Below are positions 1 to 8,765 of a DNA stretch of 48,882 nucleotides, in pieces; position 1 is the stretch's first letter; every line of letters begins with the position of its first letter. The notes below the pieces were generated by a model, which saw nothing but the letters and a program-made list of their open reading frames with translations, was not told the origin of the DNA and did no database searches. This DNA is from a virus (lineage: Duplodnaviria; Caudoviricetes): IMG/VR virus record IMGVR_UViG_3300020449_000268, positions 1 to 48,882 of that record; one strand, written 5' to 3'. Position numbers and translations under genes: made by a program.

Positions 1-797
1 ATTGATTGTTGAGTTGCAAGTGCTGTGGCACTATTACTTGACATATTGTCTTCATCAGCAATAGCAGTAATACCATCAAGTAAATTTAATTCAGTTGATG
101 TTGCAGTTAAGGCAACGTTTTCGTTAAATTTAGGTGATGTTAGAGTTTTGTTTGTAAGTGTTTGTGTACCAGCTAATGTAGCAACCGTACTATCAATAGC
201 AAAAGTTAATTCGTTGTCAGAAACGGTTGTGTCAATACCAGTACCACCAGTAAACGTTAAAGTTTGACCTGTAGTAAATGTATCATTTGAACCACTATCA
301 GCAGCAAGTGTAAAGTTACTTGAAGCTGGGGCAGCGAATGATAGGTTACCAGAACCGTCTGTAGTTAGTAAGTGTCCACTAGAACCGTCTGCACTAGGTA
401 AAGTAAATGTAACTGAACTTGCAACACTATTGGGAGATTTTAATGCTACAAAGTGTGCACCGTTATTGGTACCTTCGTTAAATTTAATAGTACCGCCAGT
501 TGTGGCACTATTACCTATGAATAATTCGTCTATTGCCTTATTAGAATCTACAATTACAGCAGATGAAGCTGTTAATGCACCATGTGTGTGATCTAATAAT
601 AATTTATAATATTGACCACCAATTTCTATTGCGGCGTTTGATGTTGATGTATGATCTCCAATGAATAGTCGTAGACCATTACCACCAGCACCTGTGCTGG
701 CGTTTGATGTATCGTAAACGTAAGCAAGTTCCCCTTGCTCTAAACCTGAAGGTGCCGAAGAACCTGTGGTTCGTTTAATCTTTATAATTGTTGCCAT
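1..797 (-). CDS. Tail fibre protein, partial (runs off the left edge)
   Basis: Not in the ORF track; translated by hand. ATG at 797 follows GGGAGA. It begins MATIIKIKRTTGSSAPSGLEQGELAY, a typical phage fibre N-terminus. It is G/S/T-rich, with LPSADGSSGHLLTTDGSGNLSF and TLTNKTLTSP fibre motifs. Confidence 0.8.
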   Translation of the reverse strand, partial: MATIIKIKRTTGSSAPSGLEQGELAYVYDTSNASTGAGGNGLRLFIGDHTSTSNAAIEIGGQYYKLLLDHTHGALTASSAVIVDSNKAIDELFIGNSATTGGTIKFNEGTNNGAHFVALKSPNSVASSVTFTLPSADGSSGHLLTTDGSGNLSFAAPASSNFTLAADSGSNDTFTTGQTLTFTGGTGIDTTVSDNELTFAIDSTVATLAGTQTLTNKTLTSPKFNENVALTATSTELNLLDGITAIADEDNMSSNSATALATQQS

Positions 798-810
798 TTA
801 ATTCTCCCTA

Positions 811-1086
811 TTAAAATGTGCCACCGTTTAATATTAAATTACCACTTTCAGTTTTTATTTCAGTCCTTGTTACAAATTTTTTACTAGTATCATCATATTG
901 AATCATTGCACCATCGTCTAGCGTTGACGCATTAACATCGCTCAATCCAACGAACTTGTTTACGTTACTTTGAAGTTGAGCTACAGATGGTGAAGTTACA
1001 GAAACGTTTTTCGGTCCTGTAGTATTATTATTAATTGTAGCAGTTGTATTAGTACCTGTACTATACGTTGCAGTAATATTTGACAT
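811..1086 (-). CDS. Small virion/fibre-associated protein
   Basis: T/N-rich 91-aa ORF with an LSDV motif and an LNGGTF end. It lies between a late promoter and the fibre gene. Confidence 0.6.
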   Translation of the reverse strand: MSNITATYSTGTNTTATINNNTTGPKNVSVTSPSVAQLQSNVNKFVGLSDVNASTLDDGAMIQYDDTSKKFVTRTEIKTESGNLILNGGTF

Positions 1087-1119
1087 TCTTACCTTATTAA
1101 AATTTTGTTGTTATAACAA

Positions 1120-1127
1120 TATTTATA
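1120..1127 (-). promoter_or_regulatory. T4-type late promoter TATAAATA
   Basis: tatttata on the + strand, intergenic, upstream of the 811..1086 gene. Confidence 0.7.
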
Positions 1128-1169
1128 ATAATTAAGGCTTTCCTATCAAGTACAATTATGTATTTTCAA

Positions 1170-1454
1170 CTACTTTTTGTCTGCTTCAGCGCCTGTTGAA
1201 GAAGAATTAGGTTCATCTTTTTTCATTTCTATGCCTAATTCTTTTGCGATAGCGTTATCATAGTGAGCTTGTAGAATTGCAATCTTTTCTAACTCTAAAG
1301 AAAGTTTGATTTTAGTTGCTTGCAAATCTTGTCTTACTATAATAGAATTGTAAGTTTTAGTTGACAATTCACTTTTCTTATAGTCTTTACCGTCTATAGT
1401 AAAAGTTGGTTCTGTCGCAGGTGCTGTTGTTGAGTTGATATTTTCACTACTCAT
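1170..1454 (-). CDS. Hypothetical coiled-coil protein
   Basis: 94-aa ORF with an AGGAG RBS. TFTIDGKDY is followed by a heptad-like helix. Confidence 0.65.
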   Translation of the reverse strand: MSSENINSTTAPATEPTFTIDGKDYKKSELSTKTYNSIIVRQDLQATKIKLSLELEKIAILQAHYDNAIAKELGIEMKKDEPNSSSTGAEADKK

Positions 1455-1474
1455 GTTATATTTCTCCTTATTTA

Positions 1475-1810
1475 TTATACGTTAGGTCTAATCGTCATTA
1501 GACCTTCAATTATTCTTGTTACCGTACCTGAAGCATCCGTTATGTCTAAATCATAAACGTATCTTGCAGGCGCTTCTAAAGCAGCCGTTTGTGTTGCAGT
1601 TAGTGACATTGTAACATTTCCTGTTGTTCTATCACTATCAAACACAATAGTTAAATCTGTTCTTGTTCTTGTTGAACTAAATCCCAAAGCCATCTTTGCA
1701 GAAGCCGTATAACCCGTTAAATCTAACGGATCTCCGCTGTTATCCTTTACGGTTACGGTTGAACTGAAAGTTGTTCCTTGGTCTATATTGTAGTTAGCTG
1801 TAGCTGCCAT
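1475..1810 (-). CDS. Virion structural beta-sandwich protein (fibre/baseplate adaptor-like)
   Basis: Start re-called to MAATANYNIDQGTTFS (ATG 1810). The IDQG.TF...DLTGYTA...YVYDL.I pattern is typical of T4-like marine phage structural genes. Confidence 0.7.
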   Translation of the reverse strand: MAATANYNIDQGTTFSSTVTVKDNSGDPLDLTGYTASAKMALGFSSTRTRTDLTIVFDSDRTTGNVTMSLTATQTAALEAPARYVYDLDITDASGTVTRIIEGLMTIRPNV

Positions 1811-1812
1811 AG

Positions 1813-1836
1813 TATTATTTATACGTATAAATAATA
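1813..1836. promoter_or_regulatory. Perfect 24-bp palindrome holding back-to-back late promoters
   Basis: tattatttatacgtataaataata contains TATAAATA on - (1816-1823) and on + (1826-1833), between divergent genes. Confidence 0.85.
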
Positions 1837-1861
1837 GTATTATTCTAAAGAAGGTAAAAAA

Positions 1862-2254
1862 ATGACTATTGACACACAATGGAGATACAGAAATACTGCT
1901 GTTCCTACACAGACTTTTGAAAATCCAGAAGATTTTTTTGATAATCTTTATACAGGCGCTATAGACGCTAAAGACGTAAAGGATCATAAAGATAATAATC
2001 TAAAAAATGTAGAGGCATTTGACTCATATCTACTTGCAGATAAGAAGACCGTTATTACATGTAGAAGATTTAAAAGTATGAATGAATACAATGAATGGAA
2101 AAGAGTTAGAGCATTACTGCCGAAAGTAGATTTTCATGTGTCGGAAGAAGAAGGTGATTTTATAAATGTACAACCAGGTACAAACGTTGTAACAATACCT
2201 CCTATAGATACAGAATTGTGGGAACAAAATCATAGAGATGAGGAGTATAACTAA
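1862..2254 (+). CDS. Hypothetical protein, paralog A (possible dimeric alpha/beta-barrel fold)
   Basis: Shares TF...EDFF and DKK.VI..R.F....YN.W...R..L with the next ORF. Confidence 0.65.
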   Translation: MTIDTQWRYRNTAVPTQTFENPEDFFDNLYTGAIDAKDVKDHKDNNLKNVEAFDSYLLADKKTVITCRRFKSMNEYNEWKRVRALLPKVDFHVSEEEGDFINVQPGTNVVTIPPIDTELWEQNHRDEEYN

Positions 2255-2577
2255 TGACACAAGTTGTTAAAAAATATAAACTAGAAAACATAGACGCTTC
2301 AAAGACATTTGATTCAGTTGAAGATTTTTTTAATCATTCATCTTCAGTAGAAGTAGATTCAGCAAAACTAAATGCCCATATTGAAAATGATAATGCAAAC
2401 AGCACAGGCAAAGAAGGTATATTAGGCGAAGACAAAAAACATGTTATCATTTTGAGAGAATTTGCTAATGTTGAAGCGTACAATACATGGCATGCTAAAA
2501 GAAAAGAGTTGGGTGATATTGATGATTTGATAAAAGAAACTGATATACCAATGCACCAAAATAATATTGAGTTTTAA
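2254..2577 (+). CDS. Hypothetical protein, paralog B (possible dimeric alpha/beta-barrel fold)
   Basis: Translationally coupled (TAATG) with a GAGGAG RBS. VIILREFANVEAYNTW resembles the DUF1330/EthD-like strand-helix. Confidence 0.65.
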   Translation: MTQVVKKYKLENIDASKTFDSVEDFFNHSSSVEVDSAKLNAHIENDNANSTGKEGILGEDKKHVIILREFANVEAYNTWHAKRKELGDIDDLIKETDIPMHQNNIEF

Positions 2578-2597
2578 TTGTAATCTATATATTATGA

Positions 2598-3926
2598 ATG
2601 AATGTAATTATATTATCACATAAAAGAAGTCTTAACAAGTCCGAAGGACTTATCACAGCGAATTTAAATAACCACATCACATTGGTTTGTGATGTGGTGC
2701 CTAACAAGTCAGGTGATCGCTACAAACCTTTCATAGAACACATAGACGATTTAGTTGTATCAAAGAAGTTTGATATAATAGAAATTACACAAAAAATTTT
2801 ATCGTGTGATAAAGTATATTGTGTATCAGAAAATTTATTTCCTATACAAGCACAATTAGAAAGTTACTACGGCATACAGAATATATCTGCTTTTGCAGCT
2901 GAAGTCTTTGCAAATAAACAAAAGATGGATGATTTTTGTAGAACAATAGGTCTAGGTCATAATGTACCTAAAAGTGTTACACCTACCTTTCATACTCAAT
3001 TAGATATATTTGAAGGCGATGAATTTTTTACAAAACCTGATATAGGTACAGGCAGTAACTCTTTCTATCCTAAATCTGAACAAAATGTACCTACTATAGA
3101 ATATAGAAGATGGAATAATAAACATCATTTTTTAGATCATCTTACTAAACTAGAACACAATAATAAATTTTTTGAGATAAACAAAAAAGGTATACAGAAT
3201 GAGAATTTTAATAATGTGCCTTGTAAGATTATGGCACAAGAATATTATTGGTCTGAAGAACCATCTATATCGCCATATGGTTATGTTAAGAATGGTAAAG
3301 TAGATTGTTTGTTCTATGTTAGAAATGCAAAAGTTAAATACGGCGATATACTAGACTTTAATAAAAATCCTATAGATCAACACTCAATCAGTAAGAAAAG
3401 TGATATTGCAAAAGATATGGCTGTATGGTCTATACCTGTTAGTCAAGTAGATGAAGAACAACATAAAATAATGTGTGGTTTTGTACAGACTATTGTTGAC
3501 AAATTAAAAGTAAAAGAAATGTACTTTGCAGGACCTGACTTTCATATATCAGGTAATAAATTAATTGCAATAGATTTTAACACACGTATAGGTCAGTTTA
3601 TTAATATATTAGATAAGTTACCTGGCAACAATATATTCAATAATATAGGTAACGAAAAAGAACCAGAGATTACAAATCATTTACTTTGGGGTTGTACACA
3701 ATTAAAACCTGGCATAGTAAAAGATATAAAAAATATAGAAGTAGTTGAAAAGTATTTAAATTATTTAAATGATAAGATTAAAATAGGTATGAAGATACCT
3801 GAATTTCAAAATCTACAAAATAAGAAGTTTAGTGTTAATTTAAATATTACTGGAAGAGATCAGCAAGAGCTGTTTGACAACTATAAGGATGCCAACCAGC
3901 TCTTACATAATTGTATTATTTACTAA
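2598..3926 (+). CDS. ATP-grasp domain ligase (amino-acid ligase-like)
   Basis: Motifs ANKQKM, FTKPDIGTGS, MAQEY and DFH...AIDFNTRIG (ExNxR-type). Confidence 0.75.
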   Translation: MNVIILSHKRSLNKSEGLITANLNNHITLVCDVVPNKSGDRYKPFIEHIDDLVVSKKFDIIEITQKILSCDKVYCVSENLFPIQAQLESYYGIQNISAFAAEVFANKQKMDDFCRTIGLGHNVPKSVTPTFHTQLDIFEGDEFFTKPDIGTGSNSFYPKSEQNVPTIEYRRWNNKHHFLDHLTKLEHNNKFFEINKKGIQNENFNNVPCKIMAQEYYWSEEPSISPYGYVKNGKVDCLFYVRNAKVKYGDILDFNKNPIDQHSISKKSDIAKDMAVWSIPVSQVDEEQHKIMCGFVQTIVDKLKVKEMYFAGPDFHISGNKLIAIDFNTRIGQFINILDKLPGNNIFNNIGNEKEPEITNHLLWGCTQLKPGIVKDIKNIEVVEKYLNYLNDKIKIGMKIPEFQNLQNKKFSVNLNITGRDQQELFDNYKDANQLLHNCIIY

Positions 3927-4698
3927 AGTTAGCAACAGCTTCTTCAAACATATCTATTGTTTGATTAGTACCATTCCCAACATAAGTAACAGAGCCTTTG
4001 AATTTACTATTCCACTCGGTAGTAGTAGAGAGGTTTGTTACCGTAGAACGTAATTCGTTTGTTAAGGCGTAGTTAGCATTAATGGTGATGATTGCGTCAA
4101 CAAATCTAAAACCTAATTGACCTTTTTCTGAAAAGGCAATACATTTAGATCCATCTTCCTCTAATGCGGCTTGACGTGAAGTAATCGTAAAGACCGTATC
4201 GGCATCCTTGCCAACATAACCTTTAGTAGTACTTCCGCTGCCAGAATAAGGTACAACTACAAAATTTACATTATATTTTGCACCTAAATTTTTTAAGAAT
4301 TTTGCAACTGGTTCTGATCCCCATGTCGCAATCTTAACCGTTTGTCCACTCATATCTTCAAGTGAATTGTATGCTCTACTACACATAAGAGTTTCATATG
4401 TCATTAAAGCAACAATATTATCTTTAGATACTTTCGGACTTTTTAAACTATCGTCACCTGGCCATTCACTAGACCATATCGTTAAGATAGGTTCTGTGCC
4501 ACCTTCAGCACCTTCTATATAAGTGTATGCAGTAACTGGATTGTCTGCCTGAACAAAGTTATGGTCAGTTGAATCACCTATTGTAGAAAGAATTTGTCTG
4601 AAGACACCTTCTTGTGAACCAGGGTTGATAATTTGCACTTGTGCGTATGCCATCGTACTGAATAACATACTCATTAATATTAACATTATTTTTTTCAT
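3916..4698 (-). CDS. TctC/Bug-like periplasmic substrate-binding protein (divergent)
   Basis: Has a signal peptide (AMAYA/Q). VVPYSGSGSTTKGYVGKDAD matches the Bug-family VPYxGxG...G..D motif. It is adjacent to tctA. Confidence 0.65.
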   Translation of the reverse strand: MKKIMLILMSMLFSTMAYAQVQIINPGSQEGVFRQILSTIGDSTDHNFVQADNPVTAYTYIEGAEGGTEPILTIWSSEWPGDDSLKSPKVSKDNIVALMTYETLMCSRAYNSLEDMSGQTVKIATWGSEPVAKFLKNLGAKYNVNFVVVPYSGSGSTTKGYVGKDADTVFTITSRQAALEEDGSKCIAFSEKGQLGFRFVDAIITINANYALTNELRSTVTNLSTTTEWNSKFKGSVTYVGNGTNQTIDMFEEAVANFSK

Positions 4699-4706
4699 TT
4701 TATCTC

Positions 4707-5993
4707 CTATAAGATTATTAATGTTCTAATTAAATTTTCATAAAATAGATCGCTTAGAAAGTATCCGTAAATTATAGGACTTGTGTCCCAGCGTCTAATT
4801 AAGAAACCGATTATAGACAAAACAAATATACAGATAATCATCCATTCGTGTATGGCGAATATTGAAATACTTGCAATGCTAATTATTGAGAGAAGTAAGA
4901 TATTTGCAATGTTTCTATATGTCTTATAGTAATATGCAATCTTACCTAACAGATTAAAACCGTACCAGCTTAACCATAAACAGAATACGGTCACAAAAGG
5001 AATAATATAGATTATATCTTTTAAGTGATTGACCGTGTTGTCTGCGTTGAATACGAATCCATCTTCTAACATAATATAATAAATCAAAACTTCACTTCCC
5101 GTTATGGGTATCGCTAGTATAAGCAAAGGCAATAGTGATGATAAGGCGCCACTATTATTTGCTGCCTCTGCGGCTGCTATGCTTTTAAGTACAGGTTTTT
5201 TGAAAAACCTTTTAACAATATTTGCACTTGCATAACTGCCAAGAATATTTGTTACACCAGGTATGAGACCACACCAGAACCCTACAAAACTCCCTATGAG
5301 TGTAGGTGTTGTAGTATCTTTACCTATTGTAAAATTATTTATACGTTTAGGTACTTCAACTTTAAAACTATTTAATTTTGTTAGTTCAGGCACGATATAT
5401 AAACCTATCATAACACTTGCAAAGGGTATGCCTATAGCAAGATATGAATTACCAAACGTTAGAAAACTATCAAACGTTATAGGGTCTATACCTACTTTTG
5501 CAATCATACCACCAAACAAGAACAATAGTATTGTAAACAATTTATTTTGTTTTGTCAATAGTGTAATCATTACAATTGCAGCTGCAACTATGATTGTCTG
5601 TAATACACTATTATAAAATCTAAAGACTTCTATAATTGTAGGCAATACTAATATAAATGCTGTAGTAGCAAATATAACTCCTATAGTACTACTAACAGCG
5701 TTAGAAGCAACTGCTAAATTACCGAAACCTTTTAAGAATAATCTATGACCATTTCTTGCAGTACTGATTGCTGTTGCGTCACCAGGTATACCATACAGAA
5801 TAGCAGTTACACTATTTGTATAATTTGTTGCAATCAATACCGTGATGTAATACATCATAACATTGACAGGTTCTATGTGCGTTAAGAAAGGATATAAAGT
5901 TGCAGTTGCAACAAAAGGTCCTGCACCTGGTATTACACCAAAGATAACACCACTTAAAGTGCCTATAACAGCCCAAAATATTGTATCAAACAT
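4707..5993 (-). CDS. tctA: Tripartite tricarboxylate transporter permease, TctA family
   Basis: Polytopic membrane protein with GVIPG, AILYGIPG, GIDP, GLIPG and AAAEAANNS...LPLL.LAIP signatures. Confidence 0.85.
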   Translation of the reverse strand: MFDTIFWAVIGTLSGVIFGVIPGAGPFVATATLYPFLTHIEPVNVMMYYITVLIATNYTNSVTAILYGIPGDATAISTARNGHRLFLKGFGNLAVASNAVSSTIGVIFATTAFILVLPTIIEVFRFYNSVLQTIIVAAAIVMITLLTKQNKLFTILLFLFGGMIAKVGIDPITFDSFLTFGNSYLAIGIPFASVMIGLYIVPELTKLNSFKVEVPKRINNFTIGKDTTTPTLIGSFVGFWCGLIPGVTNILGSYASANIVKRFFKKPVLKSIAAAEAANNSGALSSLLPLLILAIPITGSEVLIYYIMLEDGFVFNADNTVNHLKDIIYIIPFVTVFCLWLSWYGFNLLGKIAYYYKTYRNIANILLLSIISIASISIFAIHEWMIICIFVLSIIGFLIRRWDTSPIIYGYFLSDLFYENLIRTLIIL

Positions 5994-7759
5994 TAAAAGT
6001 ATTTTCTAAAGCCTAGATTAAAAGTTCTATCGTATTGATTATAACCATCTGGTCTTTCGTAAGACTTATCAAAGACGTTGTTTATACTCCAAAAGAAAGT
6101 AGTATTGTCAACATCAATGTTGTAACCTATATCAAATGTTTCAACAGCAGGCATATCTTTTCTTGCATATGTTGAAGCGTCTATGTCTTTATGTTTACCA
6201 AAGTAATTAAAATCAACATAGAAGTTATCATAATATATCGTTGATGTATTTTGCCAGTTAGGTCTTCTTAACATGTCTTTATCATCACCATCTTTAGATA
6301 CGGTATAAGATAGACTATTATTTAATTGTATCTTGCCATATGTAAATGTATTATTCAATTCTAAACCATGTTGATTACTTTGTTTCGTATCGTTAACGTA
6401 TGTGTTTGTATCATACTTTAAAAGATTATCTATTTCTGATTCAAAGTAAACAATACTATGACCGTCTGTTTTGTATCCTATTTCCCATGTTTTAGATTTT
6501 TCAGGTATAAGATTTTTATTACCTAAAAACCCATAGTTGTTTTTACCATACATCTCATAGACCGTAGGTGCTTTATAACCTGTAGAGTAACTTAAATGTA
6601 CACCATTATTTTCTACAGCGATTCTATGTGTGTATTGATCGTCAAATGTATTAGGTGTATCTAATCTGACACCACCATGTACAAAGACACCACTATCAAG
6701 TTGTTTATCTAAATTAATATAGTAACCATGATTGTGTCTTTCTTTATCTACGTTTGAGTCATAACCTGCAATGTTAGTATCAAAATCTATCTCTTGTATA
6801 TTATGTTCAAATCCTGTAGTTAAATCTAAACTATCTTTTAAATGAAAGGTATGACCTGCAATAAAAGTTTCTTGGTCTGAATTGTAAATATCTTTTGTAC
6901 CCTTGTCGTCATATGTTCTTTTGTGTTTAGATTTTTGAAAAGAAAACTCGGTATCTTTACTTTGTAAAGAAATGTATTGATTGTTAAATTGCCATTTAGA
7001 TGTATAATCAGTATAGTCTGTAGATTTATCTAAATCAGATTTGTTTACCGTCTGTATAATATTTGATTTTAACATCCACTTACCTAAAAACTTTTCTACT
7101 TGAAAGATATAATTTCTATCAGCAATACCATCTTTTTCTGTGCCATCTACTACAGATATACCATCAGCAGTTTCATTCTCAACTCTAAAGTCTATGATAA
7201 AACCCTTTGAGTAATCTGCTTTACCAAGTTTTATTATTTGTGTTTTCTGACCAAAACTACCACCAGATAACTCAATATAATTTAAACCATTTGCCTGTGT
7301 AACCATGTTGATAACGCCACCTATTGCATTAGGTCCATAGATACTACCCATAGGTCCTTTGATTACTTCAACTCTATCTACACCAAGAAAACTATGAGCA
7401 AATAAGTCTTCAGTACCATTCGGTGTTGAGTGATCTTGTATAGCAATACCATTAAGTGTAATAAGAGTATGGTTTGAATTTGTACCTCTCATAAATGTAG
7501 AAGTTAACTGACCATCAGGACCAGATTGTACAACGTTTAAAGAAGATACTTTTTGTAGTTCGTCTTTGTCTGCTGATACAACTTCATATGAATATGTTTT
7601 ATGAGTTAGATCGCTTGAGTTTCTAATAAATGATTTGCAGATATAGATAATCATAGTGCCATCTTCATCAAATTGTGGCCTATCACCTCTACAATCATCT
7701 GCTTTAGCGCTTGTAAAACTAATTAGTAATACAAATAATGTGAGTAATATTTTATACAT
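5993..7759 (-). CDS. btuB: TonB-dependent outer-membrane receptor, BtuB (cobalamin)-like
   Basis: Start re-called to MYKILL (signal peptide). Plug motifs are GQLTSTFMRGTNSNH and RVEVIKGPMGSIYGPNAIGGVINMVT. Barrel motifs are YKAP...GNKNL.PEKS, LRRP and NVFDKSYE...GY, with a terminal Phe. All resemble E. coli BtuB. Confidence 0.8.
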   Translation of the reverse strand: MYKILLTLFVLLISFTSAKADDCRGDRPQFDEDGTMIIYICKSFIRNSSDLTHKTYSYEVVSADKDELQKVSSLNVVQSGPDGQLTSTFMRGTNSNHTLITLNGIAIQDHSTPNGTEDLFAHSFLGVDRVEVIKGPMGSIYGPNAIGGVINMVTQANGLNYIELSGGSFGQKTQIIKLGKADYSKGFIIDFRVENETADGISVVDGTEKDGIADRNYIFQVEKFLGKWMLKSNIIQTVNKSDLDKSTDYTDYTSKWQFNNQYISLQSKDTEFSFQKSKHKRTYDDKGTKDIYNSDQETFIAGHTFHLKDSLDLTTGFEHNIQEIDFDTNIAGYDSNVDKERHNHGYYINLDKQLDSGVFVHGGVRLDTPNTFDDQYTHRIAVENNGVHLSYSTGYKAPTVYEMYGKNNYGFLGNKNLIPEKSKTWEIGYKTDGHSIVYFESEIDNLLKYDTNTYVNDTKQSNQHGLELNNTFTYGKIQLNNSLSYTVSKDGDDKDMLRRPNWQNTSTIYYDNFYVDFNYFGKHKDIDASTYARKDMPAVETFDIGYNIDVDNTTFFWSINNVFDKSYERPDGYNQYDRTFNLGFRKYF

Positions 7760-8112
7760 AATTTTCCTATCATAACACATATCAAGGTAGATACCAAAAG
7801 ATTAAAATCAAAGGGTACTGCTTGTATGTAAGTTTGTAATAAATTGCCACCGTATGAGTACCATACAGCGAAGTTAACAACAACGTGCCAAATCAAAACG
7901 CCTAAAAACGTTGCTGTTATACTATTACTTATATGTCTGCCTAGTAAGACAAAAATTGCCATACAACCATAGACAGGTATCATTAGGCCATGAAAACCTA
8001 AAAATACATCTTTAAATAACATTAAAGATAATGGTATGCCATATTGTATTCTTTGATTACTTGTAATACTAGGTAGTAATATTGCAATAGCAAATAAAGG
8101 CGTTATATTCAT
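7723..8112 (-). CDS. DUF6580/BtuM-like small membrane transporter (putative cobalamin S-component)
   Basis: Hydrophobic 129 aa with the pattern NITPLFAIAI, IPL..M..KD..LG, VVNFAVW and Y.QAVPF..N. It is directly upstream of the BtuB-like gene. Confidence 0.65.
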   Translation of the reverse strand: MNITPLFAIAILLPSITSNQRIQYGIPLSLMLFKDVFLGFHGLMIPVYGCMAIFVLLGRHISNSITATFLGVLIWHVVVNFAVWYSYGGNLLQTYIQAVPFDFNLLVSTLICVMIGKLCIKYYSHYLYY

Positions 8113-8765
8113 AATAATTTTTTATACTTTTCTGTTTGTTTGCCAGTTATCTTGGCAATAGTTCTAGGCCATGGTCCTGTGTTTGCAGTACTATGAGGAA
8201 TATTTGCCCAATCAAACCATACTACATCACCTGCTTTCCATGGTGGTACATATGTATTCCCGAATTGAATAATATGTCCTGGTTTCCAATCTTCTAACAT
8301 AACAAAAACTCTACCCCATTCAGGATCAGTTGCTCTGCTTGATGATTGATCTTTTCTTTCTTTTCTTAAACCTGTTAAACTATCAATATGTAAATGTAAC
8401 ATCATACCAGTAGTTTGAGTTTGTATATTAACTTGTGCGTCTTCTAAACCTAACTTATCTGCTAAACCACATAATATAGGACACTCTTTCTTTGTTGCAG
8501 TCCACATTCTATAGATTACAAAATCTTTAGGTATGCCCCAATCTTCTACTAGTTTATTTTCATACTCGTAATCAAAATGATCGCCACCTGGTTTTACAGG
8601 ACTAGGCCAATAGAAATCATATTGTTGCTTGTTTGCATATTCTAATTCCTTTGACCAGTCCTCGTAAATGTTTGTAACCGTTTTAAAGTATTTACCATGA
8701 TCGCTTTCTCTAAAAGGATTGAAATCATAATTACTTTGTTTAACGGTTATATCCCACCTGTTCAT
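8109..8765 (-). CDS. 2OG-Fe(II)-type dioxygenase / cupin
   Basis: HxD (LHID), distal H (PHSTAN) and PR. Start re-called to the ATGA overlap at 8765. Confidence 0.7.
   Translation of the reverse strand: MNRWDITVKQSNYDFNPFRESDHGKYFKTVTNIYEDWSKELEYANKQQYDFYWPSPVKPGGDHFDYEYENKLVEDWGIPKDFVIYRMWTATKKECPILCGLADKLGLEDAQVNIQTQTTGMMLHLHIDSLTGLRKERKDQSSSRATDPEWGRVFVMLEDWKPGHIIQFGNTYVPPWKAGDVVWFDWANIPHSTANTGPWPRTIAKITGKQTEKYKKLL

Noticed and set aside
25-267. Plus-strand 80-aa ORF, and similar ORFs such as 36978..37976, 29524..29835, 34177..34479, 38138..38461 and 41104..41511
   Set aside because: They are antisense shadows of S/T/G-rich structural genes. Codon bias leaves the reverse frame open, and they show no family motifs.
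3865-3904. Inverted repeat aagagctg...cagctctt near the convergent gene ends, as a terminator
   Set aside because: It lies within the ATP-grasp coding sequence, has a long imperfect loop, and has no U-tract on either strand.
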